A DNA stretch of 62,430 nucleotides, counting the filler, from Nemertoderma westbladi (taxonomy: Eukaryota; Animalia; Xenacoelomorpha): NCBI GenBank assembly GCA_032718475.1. It is 3 parts of 3 records of this genome, joined end to end, with 100 filler letters (N's around TTAATTAATTAA, not from the genome) between each part and the next. Parts side by side here need not be neighbours in the genome. Positions count along the whole stretch, not along the records: positions 1 to 20,806 come from JAUCBJ010008679.1; positions 20,907 to 46,941 come from JAUCBJ010006015.1; 1 more part is not named here. One strand, 5' to 3'. Both the position numbers and the translations under genes were made by a program. Below, in pieces: positions 12,901 through 23,673 of this stretch. Positions within the stretch are counted from its first letter, which is position 1, and each line of letters begins with the position of its first letter. The notes beneath the pieces were generated by a model. It did not search any database. It saw only the letters and a list, made by a program, of their open reading frames with translations, and was not told the origin of the DNA.

Positions 12901-15900
12901 GATGAGGTTACACAAATTAACTTGGTTTGTCCAAGTTTAATTCTCTGTGATGAGTTCAATGGTATTATCCTCATCATATAGAGTCTGGATGTCGTCGTTG
13001 TCTGAGGAGCATAAAGTTTCCTCAGCTGGGATTTCCTCTTCGTTCACGGTTTCCTCACACTCTCTTACCTGGTGGACTTGCTCTCCCTTCAATCTCTCTT
13101 GCAAAGTCCTGTGGGAAAGTCCCGTGAAATACCAACCTACTCTCGTTCTTCCCGCATAAGTTTGCAATGGTAGCGGTCGAGCAGGCCCTTTCTCTATGGT
13201 TTCGAGCGCCTCATGCGCATTCTGGCCGAGCAGTATCTGTACCCCTGGGTAATCTGTTCTGAATCTAGGGATGTTGTATTGCTGGGTAAAATGGTCTTCA
13301 TCCCAGTTGTAAGGCTCTACTTTGCTAGTAGCAAAGTTCTTCATTGCCACCATTTTAACTGACATTACACTGTTCTCACCTAGTTCATCTTGGGGGGTGG
13401 ATAACGATCCTATATAAAAGTCCGTGGATACAGTGGATTTCCAAACCTGCATAATCCCGGAAAGGTTCAGTTTGGTTCAGAACCTTGGTTGACCAGCAAA
13501 GATATCTTCGGCCAGATCCATGTCGATGAAAGTGCCTGTACTACCGGAGTCAAGGAGGGCATTCACTATTAAGCTCTTACCTTGTCCATGTACTCTAAGT
13601 TGCACCACTGGGAACTCTCGGATGCCAACAGATGGTGTCGAAACCTTCCATGAAAGCTGTCGATCCGGAATGGATAGTTGGGGTTCCTCTCCATCCGTCT
13701 CTGTCTCATAAGTAAGGGCTCGATATACGGCTGTGTTGATCATATAACAAGATTCATTTTTATCAGAAAACTCATCCGTATAGAATCCTTCCATCTCCGA
13801 GTACGTGTAGTTCGGGCTCACTTACCTGACTCGTGCGGGTTCTGTCAAATTCTGTGTGCAGCAAGATATGATGTTTCGCGCCGCACTTAGCACACCTAGC
13901 ATCTGAGTAACAGGTCCGCCGTTGGTGTCCTCGTCTGAGACAATTATAACACAACCGCTTACCGGTACCTTATCAAACTCGGTGTGCAGTAAGATATGAT
14001 GTTTCGCTCCACACTTAGCACACCTCACGTCTGAGTAACAGGTTTTCCTTTGATGTCCTCTCCTGAGGCAATTATAACACAACCTTTTGTCCCACATGAC
14101 ATCGCGTCTGTCCTTTAATTCTTTCTTCAAGAATTCCTCACACCCACTCAAGCGATGTGGCCCTTCGCACAATACATACTTAGGTTTGATGTTACTTATC
14201 TTAGCTTGCATTGTATTTTGTACGCTAGTTCTTTCTTCAGGATTCCTACCAGGAATTCTCTTGGGAGACATAAGGGGAGATTTTAACTGTTCTCCCTTGC
14301 CACTAGTTCGCACCTTGGGTTTACTTACGTCTTTCTTGACTTTATTCATGTAATAAGATCTTTCGGTGTCTTTGCCACTATTTTCGTCATAAGACGTTTG
14401 ACTTTCATAATCCATATAACACACTGGTGTTACCTTTCTCCTAGTAACGGGTTTTTCACTTACCTTGGTTTCCGGAGTCTTCTCTCTAGACTGTTTTATG
14501 AGCTGTAATCTTACCTCTCCGTTTAAGAACGACATAAGGTCCGCCATGGTTGGATCTCTATGTTATTGGTCCATCAAGTAGAGAACCTTTTTGTCCCAGC
14601 GAGTACCTACTCCGACCTTTGGCAAAGTTGATGCTACGGCTCCTAAAACCATAGAACTCTGGTATTCATGAGACTTACCCAACCAGTCTAACTGGCTACA
14701 TATCTCCTGAATCTCATCGGACAACTCTATAATCCCGCTGCTAAGAAACTTTCTGGGCGCTACTAATTTCGCATACAGATATCTAGCTATGTTAGTCCTA
14801 TTACCATACCTGATATGAAGTGTATCCCAAACTTGTCTCAATCCGTCCGGATGTCCAACAAATTTTAACGCCATTAACTTGGGAGGTCCTTCCAAGCACT
14901 CGAAGAGGAATCATAGTTTCTCTCCACTGGATAGTATGGAGTTTTGTATGTTATCTTTGTAATATTCATTAAAAGGTAACCATTTCATCTCATCTCCATT
15001 AAACTCGACGAGCTCTCCCACCTTTACAGCTTGACGGGCTTCCGTCATAGCCATCTGACGTGTGAAACTTTCTTGAGCCATCGTACTATTTAATATCGAA
15101 TTATCGGTATATAAATTTCTCGGATTATTATGAGATCAGTATGGGATATCATTATCGACAGGCTTATTAATACTCTTAATAGGATTTACTATAGGAGTTT
15201 CTACTTCACTAGCAGTATAGATGCGTGTAGGCTCCACACCTTGCACATGAGATATTTCAGACCTAATGGGCTGACACATTGTTACAGAGGGTGGTGGTAT
15301 ACCCATTTGTATATTTACCAATTTATCGCGTTCGAGAGCGATATGTTGCTGTACTTCTTGCAACTCTATTTTACTCTCTCTTACTGTTCCCTTTAACAAT
15401 TGAACAGTCCCTTCCAAGTCTCGGACTTGTTTAGAGGAGCGGATTTTATTTTCCTCTAATTGCCCTAGCAGCTCCTCCACCCCCCGTCACCCTTCCTCCA
15501 TCCACTCGACCGTGGGTGTGGGAGCCGCCAACATAGTAGCTGGATGGCACATCGGGACGACAGGGGACAGTCCTGTTATTAGATTCTGCTCGGCATCAAT
15601 ACCAGTCTGAGATTCGGGCAGTTGTCTACTGGACAAGGGTAGTTTGGTACTATGCAAAGGGAACTTAGAGTTGGGTTCGGGGAGCAAAGGAGTCTCTATT
15701 AATGGAGTAGCTTCGCTAATAGGCCTAATTATTTCTATCTCATCTACTATAGTAGGGAGTCTTTCTACTCTTATAACTTGGGCTGTTGACTCTCTATTAC
15801 TTAAGTCTACATTAGCTAATTCCCTTATCACTGTAGGGGGTAAGTTAGGCAACTTATGTCTTTGAGGCACTCTTCCATGTCCATTTGAACGAGATTTGTT

Positions 15901-17605
15901 ACCTTTACACTCGGAATCAGTAATAATACCTTCATCTGAGGAGGTAAATCTATGTCTTCTGGGAGTAGATCGACTCAGTAGTTGCATCTGAGAGGCTGCA
16001 CTTTGTTTATTTAAGTAATCTTGTCTCGCCTGACTGCTCTCCAACTCTAGTTGTACCTTTGCTTCAGCTGCCCTCCTTTCAGCTTCTACTGTGGCAGCTT
16101 TACGTTCTACTACTGCCGCCGCCGCGGCTGCCTTTCGATCAGCTTCCGCCGCTGCCGCTGCTGCCTTTTGATCAACTTCCGCCGCTGCCACTGTTGCTTT
16201 TAAATCGGCTTCAACGGTTGCAGCTCTTTTCCGGTCTTCTATTAATCCTTTCTTTAGTTGTTCCTCTTTGTCCATCTCGACAAGAATGCTTTTGTCAAAT
16301 TTAGCCTGCTCCGCCGCTAACATCTCTGCATCTAAGGAGTACAAAATGAATTTGGCTGCTTCACTGTTGGGGTGAAGCCCAGCTAGACATCTCCTTAGCT
16401 CTTTGTCACCTATAAATCGTTGATAATCCAACAGATAGATGTCAATAGCATCCTTCTTCTGAGGTTTATCAGATACCGCCTCGCTTTCTACATGGGAGAA
16501 GATTGCATCTGTTGATTCTCTATGGGCTAGTCCTGGGAAGTTCCATTGAGTCTCCACAATTGACCTAAATTTTTCCAGTGGGTATCCAGCGTAACTGTCC
16601 CTGGTCGATCTCTTATTTCTCATCCAGTCCGCTTGATGTTCTTTTACGGCTATCAGGACTCTTGTGAGCATCGCTTCAGGAAGAATCAATAGTGGATCAA
16701 GGTAAACCACTTCTTCCATCTTTGATCTGATCTCGGGCGTTAACTCTTCTGTATCGGAACTAGAGTTACTGCGTGGTTGAGAAGTAACCTCTCGGTTCGG
16801 GGGTTGTTGCTGTTTTAAAATAATTTTATGAACCAGACTAACAGGGAGTTAGAATTTCTGGTTCTTACAGACTGACAGGGAATTACGGTATTTTGAAACC
16901 AATAAAGTAGTATTCAGTATATTGTGTTGTACAGATAAGGAAATGCCACTGTCTGACGGCTTATAGTCTACACTATAAGCACTACGTACCTGGAGTGTCC
17001 TATACCTAGAGATTAATTATCGAAGCCTATAGCTAATGGACCTATTAACCACATTACAACACAAATATACTGCGTACGCCGTACAGACTATTCAAATAAA
17101 ACACAGACCAAATGCTGGCAGACTACCATCAAGCCTAAATAAACCACAGTATATGCAATCTCCGAAATGGTTAGTTAGTAAGAGTTCTAGACTACGTAGT
17201 ACGACTTATTCCTTCGCGGAGGGTTTACCTTATAGCACTGGATGCCTCCACTTCCTAACTAGCACTTTATCGGACAGACACCCTACATACACTGTAATCG
17301 CCTCAGACCTAACACCAATCAGACAACAATCCGGCCTACAAGTTATTTTTACAATCTGAGCAGGTTTAAACGCCTTCTGCTCAATATTACACTTACCGGT
17401 AAATAAAACCAACAGAAATATGTAAGCCCTAAAAGAAATAAGGGGTGTACAGGCCCTACTCTCTTAAACAGCCTACGAATATACAATATGTCACAATCGA
17501 AATAATACTGCTGTAAGTACCGGTTCGGCTAGGCCTACAGTTTACCGTCTAACCGGTACGTTTTGGGTTTATTGCCTACTGAGCAACAAAAGAAACTAAA
17601 TCTAT

Positions 17606-17987
17606 TAATATTCGCGCTTTTAGACCTTTAACAGTTTAACCTGCTAATTTAAGTGTCTTTTTAATTGTAAATAGACTATTGCCCTTACCAATTACAGAAT
17701 TTACATCCACCGAAGCCAGGCTGCGCGCGGCGTGTGACCCATTGTGTGGGAGACTGGATTCGGTTCCAGAGAAAGTTATTGCACTGTAGGCTACTTTGTA
17801 TCATTCGATTGATCGTTACTATATAATCTCCGACAACTATATTTACTTTCGGGGAAATATTAACAGTTCCTTTTGTGACGTGGTGCTTTAAGTATCAAAC
17901 AGAGTTATGACTTACACTAATCACAACTGGAGGGTATAGTATCTCGCAAATAGCGCATTCTTTAGGAATGCTTTATTAACCTTCACA
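17606..17987 (-). repeat. Probable 5' LTR of BEL element 1
   Basis: A diverged ~380-bp repeat of 20400-20792, upstream of gag. The right boundary is uncertain. Confidence 0.6.
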
Positions 17988-18154
17988 CAACTTCACACTA
18001 ATTTGCCGACCGTCACTGATTTTGATCATATATAAGGAGGGTTGCAACTGACATATGTAGGGATTATGAAATAGCATTTAATTCACACAAAAACCACTAT
18101 AATTTGAGTCGCAATAGCTACCGGTACACACTTCTGCTTACCTCAGTAATTAAG

Positions 18155-18384
18155 TTCAGTTTTCTAATATTACGGAATGACGCCCGGTCATATTACTGCT
18201 TGCCATCCTCAATTCCGTAGGTTCTAAATTGGTATGTATCTTTTTTAAAATAATTGTATTGCTTTAATATTTTATATATTAGCCCTGAAGAAGCCCGTGA
18301 GGGTGAAACGGCTGTCGGCAAACTCTATTTATTTTAACTCGTGGTGTTAAGACCCCTTAAGCCCTACGTCCTTTCAAAAACTTA
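18155..18384 (+). mobile_element. 230-bp insertion containing a hammerhead ribozyme (Penelope pLTR-like or retrozyme-like)
   Basis: 13-bp direct repeat ctcagtaattaag at 18142-18154 and 18385-18397 flanks the segment. Confidence 0.75.
18280..18322 (+). ncRNA. Minimal type I hammerhead ribozyme
   Basis: gcc-CTGAAGA-a-gccc-gtga-gggt-GAAAC-ggct-GTC-ggc: conserved core, stem II with GNRA loop, very short stem III, stem I gcc/ggc. Confidence 0.8.
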
Positions 18385-18892
18385 CTCAGTAATTAAGGGT
18401 TGAGGGGTTTACGATTATTTATCGGTATTCTCCAAATATAACATCCATTAATATAAACAGCAATTAACAACAATATAAACAGCATTAAGACAGTGCAGTG
18501 AACAGTTAGTATGAAATATGTAGTGATATGTTTGTGAAATATGTATTGTTAATAGATTTGTGTTCTTATGACTCTCGCCATCAGATGTTCTTGGGCAAAG
18601 TCTGAAACGTTAGAACTTCTGACTGAATCCGGAATGAAATAGGATTCTAGGAAAAAAGTGCCGCATTACACCATTTTCCATAGGCCGCTATTGGCATAAC
18701 TGGGAAGATTGCTCTGATTGGCTGAAATATGTCAAAACAAAGAAACTTCCACACACAAAGAATCAGCTGGCAGATTTCGTCATCTCAGTTCTATATTTTC
18801 TGACAGATGCGTAGCTGAACAATTCTAGGCCTTTTTAGAGTATTTAGCGCATTGCGTAAAAATGACTTGTTATGTCCACAAAAGCTTTTACA

Positions 18893-19700
18893 GACACAAA
18901 CAACCTATTTGGGACAAATTTAAATTAAAGCTATTATAGTGAATTCTATTTTCTTTTGAGTATTCCATTATATTTATAAACTAGGTAAAATCATTTTGAG
19001 AAAGTCATACGCTATTTGGCACTCAAACACCCCATATAGGACAAAAACAACCTACTTGGGACAAATTTAAATTAAAGCTATGATAGTGAATTCTATTTTC
19101 TTTAGAGTATTCCATTATATTTATAAACTATGTAAAATCATTTTGAGAAAGTGACACGCAATTTGGGACACAAACACCCTATATGGGATACAAACACCCT
19201 ATATGGGACATAAACAACCTATTTGGGACAAATTTAAATTAAAGCTATGGTAGTGAATTCTATATTCTTTTGAGTATTACATGAGATTTAGAAACTGTTT
19301 AAAATCATTTTGAGAAAGTTACACGCTATTTGGGACTCAAACACCCTATATGGGACACAAACACCCTATATGGGACTCAAACAACCTATTTGGGACAAAT
19401 TTAAATGAAAGCTATGATAGTGAATTCTATATTCTTTTGAGTATTCCATTACATTTCGAAACTATTTGAAATCATTATAAGCACTTCACACCCTATACGG
19501 GACACAAACACCCTATATGGGACACAAACAATCTATTTGGGACAATTTGGAATTAAAGCTATGATTATGAAGTCGATATTCTTTTCAGTATTTCTTTACA
19601 TTTATAAACTATTTGAAATAATTTTGATAAAGCTATACAGGCTATTTTGGACAAAATCAACCTATATGGGACACTAACAACCTATTTGAGTCAAATTTTA
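18893..19700. repeat. Satellite, ~150-170-bp units with internal 20-bp ccctatatgggacacaaaca subrepeats
   Basis: aacctatttgggacaaatttaaattaaagctat...gtgaattctat recurs about 5 times. Confidence 0.9.
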
Positions 19701-20399
19701 GACTTATTAAGGACTATTTGGGATGAAGTTGAGTCTGGGGGAGGAGGTTGTTGCGATATCTCTAATTGATTGTCATTTAATTACTATTATAGGAATGTAT
19801 TTATTTAGATTTATAATAAGTGAATAAATTGCACTACATGAATAAATTGCACAATGAATAAATTGCACAACATGAAATGAAATAATGTGACTATGATGAC
19901 ACTATAGCCTATAATGCATCACAGTCTTACAGGCCATTTGCAAGGCACCCACAGTATATCTTTAACCATAACTAGGGAACATGTATTCCAAATGCCCTTA
20001 TTTAGAATGGGAATTTCCACTGTACATATACCTCAACCAGCTCTTGTCCCAAATACATTGCTCTGTCCAGTATAGGTTGTTATAATGAGCCCCGGATTCG
20101 TAGCTGACACTTGGATTATATATCAGTGGAATTTTCCATTAACCTTTACATTATATAGCCAATAAGGGAGATGCCTAACTTTAGGAATGTTGGTATTGGT
20201 CCGATGACGAGGAGTTGGCTCATATGATGATTTGATTGGATGTCCCTATATTGGACAGGTTGGAAATCATTACACAACGTATTTGGGACAGGTAGGAATA
20301 ATAGAAAGCCCCATAGAAGTGAAGGGAAACACCCTATTCTGGACAATGATGTAGGTACTATTGGTTTTTTTTTGGGTAATACATAGGACCCAGCCTTAA

Positions 20400-20792
20400 T
20401 GTTGTTCGCGCTTTCAGACCTTTAGCAGTTTAACCTGCCAATTTTAGGTGTCCTCTTGTTTATAAATCGACTTTAGCCTATCACAATTATTTAATGCACA
20501 TGAAGTAACATTAGCCGAAGCCAGTCTATGCGCGATCATTCACCCACAGTTAAGGGAGACTGGATTCGGATGCTTTGACCTTATTGCGTTGCAGACCTAC
20601 TGTATTATTCGATTGATTGTTACTATATAATCTCTGACAATATTATTCACTTTCAGGGAAATATTAACAGTTCCTTTAGGACGTGGCGCTTTAAGTATAA
20701 AACAGAGCTATGACTTATACTAAACACAACGAGATGGCTAATGATTTTCGTAAATAGCGCATTCTTTAGGAGATGCTTTATTATCTGTCACA
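20400..20792 (-). repeat. Second diverged copy of the BEL1 LTR-like sequence
   Basis: Colinear with 17606-17987, begins tg and abuts the assembly gap. No TSD seen. Confidence 0.65.
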
Positions 20793-20806
20793 CTGCTGCA
20801 TACGAT

Positions 20807-20906
20807 NNNNNNNNNNNNNNNNNNNNNNNNNNNNNNNNNNNNNNNNNNNNTTAATTAATTAANNNNNNNNNNNNNNNNNNNNNNNNNNNNNNNNNNNNNN
20901 NNNNNN
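20807..20906. other. Assembly gap spacer
   Basis: N44-TTAATTAATTAA-N44, an artificial six-frame stop linker. Confidence 0.97.
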
Positions 20907-21234
20907 TCTCGAGTAAGCGGCCGCTCGTGCTGCGCGACGCTAACGTACGTTTATTTATATACTGCGAGACGTTAGAATAAGCTGGAGTCCTGAAGTGCTA
21001 TAGTGGAACCAAAAACTTATCCACATCCACACACATACACATACATACTAATAAAGGTGTCGCGATGTCGGGTTATAATTCTACTCCAGCTCTCCGAAAT
21101 GTTGATCCAATCGACAGTAAACAAACTGAACATATATACAAAAAACCATACCAATTTCAGGGTCTTCATAACTCGGTGAAAAGGGCTCCTTACCGCAACG
21201 CTTGCGTTGCGTTTCTAATAATATAATATATAAA

Positions 21235-21556
21235 TTACGGAAGCCCGAAGTGGCCAGACAACCACACAGACACCTAGACAAACACACACACATCATTTTT
21301 CATTTTGGGGGGGTGGGGTGTTGGTGTGGTTGTCCAGTTGTGTGTGTGGTTGTCCAGTTGTGTGTGTGGTTGTCCAGTTGTGTGTGTGGTTGTCCAGTTG
21401 TGTGTGTGATTGTCCAGTTGTGTGTGTGGTTGTCTATGTGTGTGTGTGGTTGTCCAGATGTGTGTGTGGTTGTCCAGTTGTGTGTGTGGTTGTCCAGTTG
21501 TGTGTGTGGTTGTCCAGTTGTGTGTGTGGTTGTCTGGCCGCTTTGGGCTTCCGTAA
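21235..21556. mobile_element. Small MITE/foldback with internal 20-bp tandem array
   Basis: ~33-bp TIR ttacggaagcccgaagtggccagacaaccacac / gtgtggttgtctggccgctttgggcttccgtaa, flanked by taaa on both sides. Contains about 10 copies of gtgtgtggttgtccagttgt. Confidence 0.8.
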
Positions 21557-21912
21557 TAAATAGATACAAAATATAAAATACATCATACATTAGAAATAGT
21601 ACACCATACATCAATCATAATCATACAGTGTTATCCACAATCTGAAAATATTTTTGTGTCTTGACTAATTGATAATATAAATTTGATAGTGAATAATTAT
21701 TTCAGCAACATAATAAGAGGTTACAAATTAACTTGACATGAAAAAGTTTGAAAAATATGTCATGTCATATGTAGTTATCGTTGCAGTATTATTGTTCTTA
21801 TATTTACCTACCATATATCAACCATATTAAAATACTATTAAATAAAAAGTAAAATACTTTTTTACTTTCCCCGATATATTTAGACTATAATTTAGATACA
21901 CTTATCTGTTTA

Positions 21913-23008
21913 TCAAACCAACCTTTTTGGTGCCGCTGGATATATACCATCGCAAAATGTGTCCAGAATCTCCGAGGTGGTGATGTCTATAACCCCTCCC
22001 TTGAACATGCCCCTGTCGGCCATGGCTGTAAATACATCCCCACCACCAGCTACAACATGGAATGTAACGACTTCGTAACCGGCGTCCACTAACATCTGGA
22101 AGCAACGTTCCACACACGGCGTAGTAGTTCCTATCATCGACATTGCAACCCGTTTCGCGGCTCCACATGTAGCTAATCTTTTTGGCAACACTTCATCAAT
22201 GAATGCCAGACCATGCTCAAGGGAGTTCATATTCTTAGACTTCTTGTGAACTGGGTTAGTTTTACCACCGACCAACTGAGCTGCATAACATATTACCGAT
22301 TTTAAAACCACATTAAGGCCCAGGATGTCAACCACTGATGGGATGACTTCAATTGTCGGATGGACGACGTGCAATCCCATCGTGGATATGAGAATCTTTC
22401 TAACATCGCCAGGTAGTTGCGACAAACACTCAAAAGCAATGTTGGTTCCATTTGATCCTCCCATTGCCAATATGGCATCGAATCCTTCATCAGAATGCAC
22501 TTGCAAAAGTAATTTGCCTGTCTTTTTCTGAAATTAAAATGTCAATGCGAACTTATTATTATTAATTTATAGTTATATTTATTATAATAAGAAGCAATAA
22601 ATAATTATTTATCTAGCTTATTTCTTACGTTTTTTCAGTGGGGAAAGAGCCCGTTTGAGCTCCATGACTAACAGCTACCCACCTAACTACTACACCCTAC
22701 TACATCCTACTACACACCTAACAACTAACTGACTACCCACCCTATTAAATTTAGTAAAAACTTACGATGATTATTTCTCGTACGGCCTGAGAATTATCGA
22801 TTCCGCCTTTTCTTTCCACCTCAAATTTGTTACATTCCTCGTCGGTAAAGACATCGATCCTATCATGTTTGAAGGTTTTATCGTGTTGTAACGGCATTGT
22901 GCCGCAATTAATCACTAAAGTCTGCATTCCTTCGCATTCAAGACTGCAAGTCAAATACTCCAATGCTTCTAGCTTGGTGTCAAAAGTTCCAAACACACAG
23001 ACCTTCAT
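21913..23008 (-). CDS. UPF0261 / Tm-1-like ATP-binding domain protein; exons 22766-23008 and ~21913-22527, 3' end uncertain
   Basis: Family motifs VFGTFDTK, GGSNGT, LP.D..K.LISTM, PSVVDILGLN, SMIGTTTPCV, GYEVVTFH, GVIDITTSE. Phase-0 intron 22528-22765 with GTAAGT donor and ttttaatttcAG acceptor joins the two ORFs in frame. Confidence 0.85.
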
Positions 23009-23673
23009 TGTTGATTGTTTGGAGTTGCAAACGTTTATTCAAAACAATTATTATTATTATTATTCTATAAAACAATTATTATTTCGTAGAAAGATTAATT
23101 CAAATATACTTATTTATTACATCGGAAAAAAGTGGAACTTTTCACTATTCTCGAGGCATTTTATTTACCGAGCGACAGCGAGATTAATAATGTGTCGAGA
23201 GAATATTGAAGCTTTTGAAGATCACTGCAGATTTTGGACAAAATCTTCCGGATATCCGGCCGTATCGGATATCCGGTGCATTCGGCGATTGCAGGAACTT
23301 AATGCGTGTATCCTTAACAACATTGAATATAATTGATTTGAACTGATTCTTCACAAATAAGGTAAATGATATTCGTGTTCAAAAAGTGAGTGTCACATTC
23401 GCTGTAACAGAAATTAGAGTTTCAAGAACCTCGACTTAAGAAACAAGAAACTCTACCAAATTAAAAAGTGTCGGAAAACCTTATATAGTCTGTGGAGGTC
23501 ATCTTCTGGACAGAAGGTAGCATACAAGGGGTCTACTACACTTTCCTAGAGACTGAGTAGACAAATTCTTATCAGACACATCTATAAAGATATAAAGAAA
23601 AAGTCAACCAAACCACATAATAAGCCGGGGCAATTTTGGTAATTTATGCTAGGAGACGACGTAACTGTCTGTA

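Larger units (their letters stand above)
8611..17987 (-). mobile_element. BEL/Pao LTR retrotransposon 1 (gag-pol, degraded); the element probably extends left to at least 139
   Basis: Long gag with CxxC/CCHC knuckles (13822-16719), protease ALLDSGS (13477-13821), BEL-type RT VVFDGSA...DIEGMF.Q...YMDD and FDPLG (11485-12570), integrase DIFGPI...WGGSWERL (to 10739). The C-terminal RPVGRLCLLE lies at ~8705-8735, with stop at 8611-8613. Confidence 0.92.

Noticed and set aside
17590-17690. Self-priming complementarity for BEL1
   Set aside because: Only a weak, gapped match, and the LTR boundary is degraded.
20851-20862. TTAATTAATTAA palindrome between N runs (also ~46986-46997)
   Set aside because: Artificial scaffold spacer, not biology.
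21202-21614. Cys/Val-rich and His/Thr-rich ORFs
   Set aside because: Translations of the 20-bp tandem array.
22827-23336. 169-aa plus-strand ORF
   Set aside because: Antisense to Tm-1-like exon 1 and AT-rich upstream DNA; no motifs.
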